From Cyclobacteriaceae bacterium (lineage in GTDB: Bacteria; Bacteroidota; Bacteroidia; Cytophagales; Cyclobacteriaceae), in contig JANPBK010000073.1 of assembly GCA_031430395.1 (NCBI GenBank), positions 15,099 to 79,098 on the forward strand: 64,000 nt of DNA, in the 5' to 3' direction. The position numbers and the translations under genes are program-made. Every line of letters begins with the position of its first letter. Positions within the stretch are counted from its first letter, which is position 1. Of the stretch, positions 10,148 to 17,922 are shown piece by piece. Below the pieces are notes generated by a model. The model worked only from the letters and a program-made list of their open reading frames with translations, ran no database searches and had not been told where the DNA came from.

Positions 10148-11116
10148 TTGAAAACAGGCATTATTCTTTTCCTACTTTCCCTTCTTCCAATCGATTCTAT
10201 TTTTTCGCAAGTAATCCGTCTCAATGGAGACTGGAAATTTCATATTGGAGATCGCTCAGGATGGTCTGCTACTGATTATCAAGATGGAAGTTGGGAGTCG
10301 ATTCGAGTACCCGCTCATTGGGAAGATGAAGGATTCAATGGTTATGACGGATTTGCGTGGTACCGAAAAAGTTTTGACGGTACTATATTAGTAAAGGAAG
10401 AAAACTACTATCTCAACGTAGGTTTTATTGATGATTGTGATGAAGTCTACTTAAATGGAGTGCTCGTTGGTCTTTCCGGTTCAATGCCACCGAAATTTAA
10501 AACTGCCTATAATACCGAACGAAAATATACACTGCCCAGTGAACTGATCAACTTCAAGGGTATGAACAGCATCGCTATCCGGGTATATGATGTTACTCAG
10601 GGTGGTGGCGTCATTGATGGTAAATTGGGCATCTATCGTTCTCCGAAAAGTAGAATGCTGGTAGACCTGCAAGGATTATGGTCATTTACTACTAGCAAAG
10701 ACTGGCAACCGATAAAAGATGATCGGGAATGGAAAAAAATAATGGTTCCTTCGAATTGGGAGCGTCAGGGTTATTCAAGATATGATGGGTTTGCCTGGTA
10801 CAGAAAAACATTTACGCTTGATATAAAGTCCATTTCGAATGACGAGGATTTAGTTCTATTGCTTGGTAAAATAGATGACTTCGACAGAACTTATCTCAAC
10901 GGTAAGCAAATTGGAAAAACGCACGATGGACAACCATATGGAGAAAGTCGATCATTCGACCAACTCCGTGTCTACACCATTCCAATTGGATGGTTGAAAA
11001 AAGACGGCCTGAATACAATCGAAGTAATGGTGGAAGATATGGGTAATGATGGTGGAATCTATCAAGGACCTGTGGGAATTACCACGAGAACATCTTTTGA
11101 AAGATATTATCGTTGA
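10148..11116 (+). CDS. Secreted protein with two tandem GH2-type sugar-binding (beta-galactosidase jelly-roll) domains and no catalytic barrel
   Basis: TTG start and signal peptide. Internal duplication: LNGDWKF..W..I.VP.HWE..G...YDGFAWYRK.F..GFIDDCDEVYLNG versus LQGLWSF..W..I.VP.NWE..G...YDGFAWYRKTF..GKIDDFDRTYLNG. Confidence 0.8.
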   Translation: MKTGIILFLLSLLPIDSIFSQVIRLNGDWKFHIGDRSGWSATDYQDGSWESIRVPAHWEDEGFNGYDGFAWYRKSFDGTILVKEENYYLNVGFIDDCDEVYLNGVLVGLSGSMPPKFKTAYNTERKYTLPSELINFKGMNSIAIRVYDVTQGGGVIDGKLGIYRSPKSRMLVDLQGLWSFTTSKDWQPIKDDREWKKIMVPSNWERQGYSRYDGFAWYRKTFTLDIKSISNDEDLVLLLGKIDDFDRTYLNGKQIGKTHDGQPYGESRSFDQLRVYTIPIGWLKKDGLNTIEVMVEDMGNDGGIYQGPVGITTRTSFERYYR

Positions 11117-11181
11117 CGATTATTACTTTCTACTTGCTTGGAAGAGAAGTTAATTCGTTCTATTTTGGAGCTACTAAAAAC

Positions 11182-12435
11182 ATGTTTCGAATTATTCTCT
11201 TCTTGCTTTTCGTCAGTTCTTATTCCCACCTAAGCATTGCACAAACAGAGAAAAAATCGATCAAAGGCAAAGTCATTGATGCTACCACAAAAGAACCACT
11301 GCCTTTTGTTAACGTGTTCTTAGCGAACACCACTATTGGTACTAGCACTAGTATTGACGGAAGCTTTGTTATCTCCGGGGTTCCTGCAGGAAAATATGAT
11401 TTAATTGTTTCTACGATAGGATATCTTCCATTTTCTCAGCAAGTCGATTTTTCTGAGATGACACAAGGATATACAAAAGAGCTAAATATCAATATTGAGC
11501 TAAATCAAGAAACAAAAGTACTAAATGAGATTATCGTTAAACCTGACACCATTAACTGGGCTCGAAATTTTGCCTATTTTAAAAGGCATTTCCTGGGAGA
11601 AACACACCTCTCATCAAAATGTAAAATTCTTAACCCAAAAGTTCTTCATTTTTATTTAGATACGTTAGATGGTGTGTTAGTGGCACATGCCAAACAACCT
11701 ATTGAAATAGAAAATCTCGGTTTAGGTTATAAGATCATCTATTATTTATACCAATTCGAATATAAATACAGAGAAGGTGCCCTTTTTGTTTATGGTCTTC
11801 CTCGCTATGAGGAATTAAAAGCGACTAAAGAGAAAGACCTGAAAAAGTGGAAGAAGGAACGAGAAAATGCTTATCGAGGGTCGGTCATGCATTTTATGAG
11901 AAGTCTTCGTGAAAATTCAATTACTTCAAACAAATTTTCTATTCGAAAAATCTATCATGTAAAAAATAGAAAACGTCCTGCGGATAGCCTGATTAACAAG
12001 AAAATTCAAGCGCTAATGAAAGACAAAAAAACAATAGTTATTGATTATTCCAATAACCCAAAAGACAGCCTATCCTACTATTTACGTTTAAAGTCTCAGC
12101 CAAAAGAGATTGATAGTATTCCATCAAACTTTTATTCTGGTAGAGAATTCTGGAATGAATCAAGTAATACGTTTGAAAATATTAAAGGAAGGTATGAAGT
12201 CATATATGATGAAAAAGAAGAAGTTGAATACCTTTGGGTAGCTGGAAGGAATCATACTACAAAGCAAAAAAGTACATTCCAATTCTTACAAGATTCTCTC
12301 AAAATTTTTGAGAACGGATACTATGAAGATGTTCGTTGCCTCTTCGTAGAAGGGTATCTTTCATGGCACGAGAAATTATCCACCTTGATGCCTTTAGAGT
12401 ATTCTTCAGAAGTGTCCGATAGCGAACGCGAATGA
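11182..12435 (+). CDS. Carboxypeptidase-regulatory-like domain protein with C-terminal domain of unknown function
   Basis: ATG 11182 preferred over TTG 11113; signal peptide, then IKGKVIDATTKEPLPFVNVFLANTTIGT; ends LMPLEY. Confidence 0.8.
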   Translation: MFRIILFLLFVSSYSHLSIAQTEKKSIKGKVIDATTKEPLPFVNVFLANTTIGTSTSIDGSFVISGVPAGKYDLIVSTIGYLPFSQQVDFSEMTQGYTKELNINIELNQETKVLNEIIVKPDTINWARNFAYFKRHFLGETHLSSKCKILNPKVLHFYLDTLDGVLVAHAKQPIEIENLGLGYKIIYYLYQFEYKYREGALFVYGLPRYEELKATKEKDLKKWKKERENAYRGSVMHFMRSLRENSITSNKFSIRKIYHVKNRKRPADSLINKKIQALMKDKKTIVIDYSNNPKDSLSYYLRLKSQPKEIDSIPSNFYSGREFWNESSNTFENIKGRYEVIYDEKEEVEYLWVAGRNHTTKQKSTFQFLQDSLKIFENGYYEDVRCLFVEGYLSWHEKLSTLMPLEYSSEVSDSERE

Positions 12436-12448
12436 CTTAATTCGAACG
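12413..12448. promoter_or_regulatory. Putative tandem enhancer (bEBP) sites, copy 2
   Basis: TGTCCG-ATAG-CGAACG (12413-12428, inside the 3' end of the upstream CDS) and TGACTT-AATT-CGAACG (12433-12448). Confidence 0.55.
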
Positions 12449-12500
12449 TTTCTTTTAACGAAAAACGCCTTTACAAGCTAGATTTACATTATCACCTAGA

Positions 12501-12524
12501 TGGCATTGTTCTTGGATATCCAAG
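12501..12524 (+). promoter_or_regulatory. Putative sigma54-type promoter, copy 2, overlapped by a perfect 14-bp palindrome
   Basis: TGGCAT-TGTTC-TTGG (canonical GG-N10-G spacing); CTTGGATATCCAAG at 12511-12524. Confidence 0.55.
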
Positions 12525-12594
12525 ACTGAATCAATGCTAACGAATTACTATACAGTCCCTGTTGTCATAAGTCAAAAGCAAAAATCAAAATAAT

Positions 12595-15039
12595 ATGCTA
12601 CACAGCTTAAAAATCGTGTTCCGCCACCTTGGCCGTCAAAAGCTCAATAGCTCCTTGCACATTATAGGCCTTACACTTGGCCTGAGTGTTTGTCTGGTAA
12701 TTGGGCTTTTCATCCGGTATGAATTGAGTTTTGATGGCTACCATGAAAAAGCAGACCGCACCTATCGAATTATTTCAAAGTGGACACAAAATGGTAAATC
12801 CGATTACCACTTTTCTACTCCCTTTCCATTAGCAAATGTAATTCGTACTGAAGCAACAGGACTTGAGCATGTGAGTTTTGCACATCCCGTTTATACCAAA
12901 ATTGTAGAAGTAAGCCCACAAAAGAAATTTATTGATGAGCGCATCATGGCGGTAGAGCCAGAGTTTCTCGATATTTTTAAAGTAGAAACTCTAAAAGGTG
13001 ACCTATACAAAACACTTCGCACTCCGTATCAAGCCGCACTTACAGAATCTACTGCCAAAAAACTTTTTGGCAGTGAAGACCCCATCGGAAAAACAATAAG
13101 TTTTACTGTTCGCGATAAATTCGAATTTACTGTTGGGGCTCTCATCAAAGACTTCCCTTCTAACACGCATCTGCCAGCTTCCATGCTAGTGTCGTATTCG
13201 TATGCAGAAAAATTTCTGCAACCCAATTTAGATGGATGGACGTATGTTTCCGGAACGGAGACATTGATCGTGGTTCCAGAAAATGCTGATATGAAGCTTA
13301 TACTAGCTCAAATCAAAACGATTGGTGACAAGCATATCAATGCAAAAGAAAATTTACCTGAATTCAAAAGCGAACTTGAAATTCAGCCACTGAGCGAAGT
13401 TCATTTTAATAGCTCGTTTGCAGGCGGTGGCAATTGGGTAAAAGCTGTATCAGTCAGTTGGTTGTGGTTTTTTGGCATCATTGGTATAGCCGTATTAGTG
13501 TTGGCATGTATTAACTTCATCAACTTATCTACTGCTCAAGCGCTGACACGCGCAAAAGAAGTAGGTGTGCGTAAGTCCGTTGGAGCAGGAAGATTCAATC
13601 TGATAGCTCAATTTTTATCAGAGGCTTGGATACTGACGTTTGTATCAGGAATATTTGCAGTTGCCATTGCCCAATTGGTAATGCCCAATATCAATACATT
13701 ATTGGATAAAAATATCCCCTTCGATCTCACCAAATCACCCATGTTACTTCTTTTTATTTTAGGAGCAGTGATCTTTATTGGATTGATGGCTGGAATTTAT
13801 CCGGCTTGGGTAATTTCGAAATTCAATCCATCACTTACATTAAAGGCTGGATCAACTTCATCGGGAGATCATGGCTCTGCCTGGTTACGCAAAGGACTAG
13901 TGGTAACTCAATTCAGTCTTTCAATTGGCCTGTTAATGGTTGTACTCTTGATTGCCCAACAAGTTAATTTTCTTCGCAATAAGAATCTAGGATTTACGAA
14001 AGACAATATTGTAAATGTTGAAATTCAACCACGTGCTCTCCAACATAATCTGTTTAAAAACGAACTTGAAAAAATAAATCAAGTGAAAGATGTTTCATTT
14101 GCCACTGCTACTCCCAGCAGCCAAGGCCATTGGGGAACCATCATGAATCGAACCGGCAGAGAAGATCCATCCAGAAAAGAAGTGACCCTAATTTTCGCTG
14201 ATGATCGCTTTTGCAAAATGTACGGATTGGAATTGCTGGCAGGTCGATTTCTTGAAGCCTCCGACACCAACTACGTGGCTACGTCAGTAGCTGAAAAAGA
14301 TCAAATTATGAAGGCTGTAGTCAATGAGCAGCTGATCAAGGAACTGGCGTATAAATCAAATGAAGAAGCGATTGGCCAACGCATATGGGTTGGTTGGAAT
14401 AGTGGCAACTTAGAAATCGTAGGTGTGGTTCGTGATTTTAACACTGGATCATTACATGAAGCTATCAAATCAGCATTGATCACTCCAAATCCAAGAGACT
14501 ACGAGCAGGCAGGAATAAAAATCGAGGCGAATAGCAATGTACCTGAAACAATAGCCGCCATAGAAACTGCTTGGAAAACAACTTATCCCGAAGGAATTTT
14601 TACTTACAAATTCTTAGACGAACAGATAGATAGTTTTTATAAGGCAGAAGAAAGACTTTTTAATCTCTTCAAAATATTCGCTGGCCTTGCCATGTTTATT
14701 TCCTGTTTAGGTCTATGGGGGTTGGCTACGTTCTCGGCTCAGTCAAGAACCAAAGAAATCGGAATTCGGAAAGTTCTTGGAGCGTCCGTAGATAAAATTG
14801 TGTTGTTACTTTCAAAAGATTTTTTGCTGCTAGTTTTAATTGCATTGGTGATTGCCACTCCACTAGCATGGTACGGCATGAATCAATGGTTACAAAACTA
14901 TGCTTTCCGTACAGAAATTACTTGGTGGATATTTGGATTTTCGGGAATGATAGCAATAACAATTGCTATCATAACAGTGAGTTTTCAAGCCGTCAAAGCA
15001 GCAATTAGTAATCCTGTAGAAAGTTTGAGAAGCGAATAA
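12595..15039 (+). CDS. MacB/FtsX-type ABC permease, paralog 2
   Basis: 814 aa; LACINFINLSTAQ..RAKEVGVRKSVGA; RTKEIGIRKVLGA; NPVESLRSE. Confidence 0.9.
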   Translation: MLHSLKIVFRHLGRQKLNSSLHIIGLTLGLSVCLVIGLFIRYELSFDGYHEKADRTYRIISKWTQNGKSDYHFSTPFPLANVIRTEATGLEHVSFAHPVYTKIVEVSPQKKFIDERIMAVEPEFLDIFKVETLKGDLYKTLRTPYQAALTESTAKKLFGSEDPIGKTISFTVRDKFEFTVGALIKDFPSNTHLPASMLVSYSYAEKFLQPNLDGWTYVSGTETLIVVPENADMKLILAQIKTIGDKHINAKENLPEFKSELEIQPLSEVHFNSSFAGGGNWVKAVSVSWLWFFGIIGIAVLVLACINFINLSTAQALTRAKEVGVRKSVGAGRFNLIAQFLSEAWILTFVSGIFAVAIAQLVMPNINTLLDKNIPFDLTKSPMLLLFILGAVIFIGLMAGIYPAWVISKFNPSLTLKAGSTSSGDHGSAWLRKGLVVTQFSLSIGLLMVVLLIAQQVNFLRNKNLGFTKDNIVNVEIQPRALQHNLFKNELEKINQVKDVSFATATPSSQGHWGTIMNRTGREDPSRKEVTLIFADDRFCKMYGLELLAGRFLEASDTNYVATSVAEKDQIMKAVVNEQLIKELAYKSNEEAIGQRIWVGWNSGNLEIVGVVRDFNTGSLHEAIKSALITPNPRDYEQAGIKIEANSNVPETIAAIETAWKTTYPEGIFTYKFLDEQIDSFYKAEERLFNLFKIFAGLAMFISCLGLWGLATFSAQSRTKEIGIRKVLGASVDKIVLLLSKDFLLLVLIALVIATPLAWYGMNQWLQNYAFRTEITWWIFGFSGMIAITIAIITVSFQAVKAAISNPVESLRSE

Positions 15040-15110
15040 TATGTCGTTGTAGGTTGATTGTTATTGGATGCTCATAATTTATGACGAACAATGAATAAGG
15101 AACTAAAGAT

Positions 15111-17459
15111 ATGCTAAAGAGTTATTTAAAAATCGCCCTTCGTTCTTTGATCAAGAACAAAACCTATTCTTTCATTAACATTGCAGGGCTATCGGTTGGC
15201 ATTGCCGTAAGCCTTATCATTTTTCTCTATGTAGTGCATGAATACAGTTATGATAAATTTCACGCTAAGGGCGATAACATCTATCGCATTCTGTGTAAAA
15301 TAAACTATGGAGGGCAGGAAATTCAAACGACCGCCATGTCGGCTCAGTTTGGCCCGATACTAAAAGAGAACAATGCCGATGTAGAAAATTACGTTCGTGT
15401 TTACGGCATAGGAAGAACGCTAATGAAGTCGGACGATAACCATGTCAATTTTGAAAACCAAATCGCTTTCTCTGATACTTCATTCTTCTCAGTTTTTTCC
15501 TTCCCTCTCATTCAGGGTGACTATCGTTTATTGACAAGACCCAGCACAGTAATCATCACAGAAAAAACAGCTATTAAATATTTTGGAAGTAAAGATGCCA
15601 TTGGCAAAACAATTACTTACGACAAAAAATATCCGCTTGAGGTCATTGCTATTGCAAAGGACTTTCCTTCCAATTCCTCCCTACAAGTAGACTTCGTCAT
15701 TTCCTTTAACACGATGGGTATCATTCCGGAAAATAAATCTGCCTATGAACATAAACTAGCAAGCCTAGGCTCTATCCCAACCTACGTAGTTGTAAATGAC
15801 GAACAATCTATTTCCAAAATAATTTCTTCTATTCCCAAGTTTGCCAAAACATCCGTAGATGAAAAATACAGGTTAGAAAAATTTGTGGGTACCCATTTTG
15901 GGAACAATATGGGAGATTCTTCTAATCTCACCTATCTATACCTTTTTATGGCCGTAGCTATTATTATTCTAGTACTAGCACTTATCAATTATATGAACCT
16001 TACCACAGCTCGCGCCACCTTGCGCGGCAAAGAGGTAGGTGTGCGCAAAGTAGTGGGTGCACGCCAGAGTAATCTTGCTTCTCAATTTTATTTTGAATCC
16101 GCTTTAATGACATTGACTGCATTCGCGCTAGCTGCTGTCTGGATAGAACTGTCTTTACCCATTTTCTTAAACATCCTGCAAATTCAAATAGACAAATCAT
16201 TTCTAACAAGTACTTGGTTCTTGAGCGTGATGGCTTCGCTATTGATTAGTTGCATTCTCCTGGCAGGTAGCTATCCTACATTAGTGCTTTCCAGATTTAA
16301 ACCAGCAGAAGTTTTAAAAGGGAAAGCAACTAAAGCAATAGGTAGCAGCGCATGGATACGCAAAGGATTTACTGTTTTTCAGTTCGCTGCCTCTATTGGC
16401 CTAATATTGGTAACACTTGGCATTCAGCATCAGCTAGGGTATTTACGCAATCAAAAAATTGGCCTGAACAAAGAACAAGTGATGGTCGTGAATTTAGATG
16501 CCGAAAGTGCTACTTACTACAACACATTGAAAAATGAATTGCGTGCACTGAGCGGAATCAAAGAGGTAGCTGCCGCTTCGATTCCACTTTATACAACAGG
16601 GTTCAATGCTATGTTTGTAAAAACCCCTACTACGAATGAAGATGTGTTTATCCTGGACTTGTCTGTCGATGAGAATTTTATTTCCACACTTGGGATAGAA
16701 TGGGTAGAAAAACCAGATGCAATTAATAGGCCTGGTCTTATTATCAATGAAGCTGCGTTGGAAGAACTAAAAATTAAAAAAACAGATATTGGTGTTAAGT
16801 TAAACGATCAACCCATCAACGGTATCGTAAAGAATTTTAATTATCAATCGCTTCGTCAAAAAATAAATGGAATGGTTTTATCTATCCAATCTGATACATC
16901 CTCAAGTTTGACGAAGTATGGCGCATCACTTTATTTGCGAATGGATCCCAAAGCTAACCTCACTGATAGAGTTGCTACCGTACAATCCATATTCAAAAAA
17001 TACCAAGGGAATAGACCATTTGAATATTATTTTTTAGATGATGCGTTCGATCAGCTTTATAAATCAGAAGATAGGCTTTCGCAGATTTTTAACATTTTCA
17101 CCATCATCGCCATAGTAATCGCCTGCCTTGGCTTATTTGGATTGATCACATTTACTGCTGAGATGCGAACGAAAGAGATCGGCATTCGAAAAGTACTTGG
17201 CGCCAGCATTCAAAATATTTTCACACTGTTATCGAAAGATTTCATCATTCTTGTACTTGCCGGAGTTGTGTTCGCAATACCCGCTGCATGGTGGTACTTA
17301 CAAAGTTGGTTACAACAGTTCTCATACAAAGCTGAGATACCTTGGTGGTTTGGATTGTTGGCAGCATGTGCAGCATTACTAATTTCTTTCCTAACGATAT
17401 GCACACAGGCTATCAAGGCTGCGGTAAGCAATCCGGTGGAGAGCTTAAGAAGCGAGTAG
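15111..17459 (+). CDS. MacB/FtsX-type ABC permease, paralog 3
   Basis: 782 aa; INYMNLTTARATLRGKEVGVRKVVGA; RTKEIGIRKVLGA; NPVESLRSE. Confidence 0.9.
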   Translation: MLKSYLKIALRSLIKNKTYSFINIAGLSVGIAVSLIIFLYVVHEYSYDKFHAKGDNIYRILCKINYGGQEIQTTAMSAQFGPILKENNADVENYVRVYGIGRTLMKSDDNHVNFENQIAFSDTSFFSVFSFPLIQGDYRLLTRPSTVIITEKTAIKYFGSKDAIGKTITYDKKYPLEVIAIAKDFPSNSSLQVDFVISFNTMGIIPENKSAYEHKLASLGSIPTYVVVNDEQSISKIISSIPKFAKTSVDEKYRLEKFVGTHFGNNMGDSSNLTYLYLFMAVAIIILVLALINYMNLTTARATLRGKEVGVRKVVGARQSNLASQFYFESALMTLTAFALAAVWIELSLPIFLNILQIQIDKSFLTSTWFLSVMASLLISCILLAGSYPTLVLSRFKPAEVLKGKATKAIGSSAWIRKGFTVFQFAASIGLILVTLGIQHQLGYLRNQKIGLNKEQVMVVNLDAESATYYNTLKNELRALSGIKEVAAASIPLYTTGFNAMFVKTPTTNEDVFILDLSVDENFISTLGIEWVEKPDAINRPGLIINEAALEELKIKKTDIGVKLNDQPINGIVKNFNYQSLRQKINGMVLSIQSDTSSSLTKYGASLYLRMDPKANLTDRVATVQSIFKKYQGNRPFEYYFLDDAFDQLYKSEDRLSQIFNIFTIIAIVIACLGLFGLITFTAEMRTKEIGIRKVLGASIQNIFTLLSKDFIILVLAGVVFAIPAAWWYLQSWLQQFSYKAEIPWWFGLLAACAALLISFLTICTQAIKAAVSNPVESLRSE

Positions 17460-17466
17460 TTGCCAT

Positions 17467-17493
17467 GCAACCAAAGCAATTAAAAGGTCGTCT
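17467..17493 (+). promoter_or_regulatory. Putative ECF sigma promoter
   Basis: GCAACC-N16-CGTCT (AAC...CGT ECF pattern), ending 21 nt before ATG 17515. Confidence 0.55.
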
Positions 17494-17514
17494 AATTGAT
17501 AAGGAGATAAACCG

Positions 17515-17901
17515 ATGTTTATGAAAAGTATATTAATCGTACTATTATCGTTAGTATCAATCACGAGCAACGCTCAAAATGATGATCTAATTAACAAGTT
17601 GATTCTTACAACTAAAGAAGGCCTTCAGCAAAAGAAAGAAGTTACCTTCGATAATCAATCAACTAGTTTACAGGTTGGCGAATGGATTATTCCTGTTTCA
17701 AAAAATACGTTGGTTAAAATCGAGTTTGAAAACGGCTACCATGAAGTCGAATTTAATTTACAAAAAGGAACTGTTATAAGAAGCACCGCTGACTCCAATT
17801 GGAGAAGAGCTTCATTCGCTTTATCTTTCAAGTCGCGGAAAGCTGCAAAGAATTTCATTCATTTATTCCGAGAAATAACAGAAAAAGAAAACGTAAACTA
17901 A
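17515..17901 (+). CDS. Small secreted hypothetical protein
   Basis: 128 aa; signal peptide ending SNA|Q; AAGGAG lies 8 nt before the ATG. Confidence 0.7.
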   Translation: MFMKSILIVLLSLVSITSNAQNDDLINKLILTTKEGLQQKKEVTFDNQSTSLQVGEWIIPVSKNTLVKIEFENGYHEVEFNLQKGTVIRSTADSNWRRASFALSFKSRKAAKNFIHLFREITEKENVN

Positions 17902-17922
17902 GAAACTCAACCATCGGCCAAA

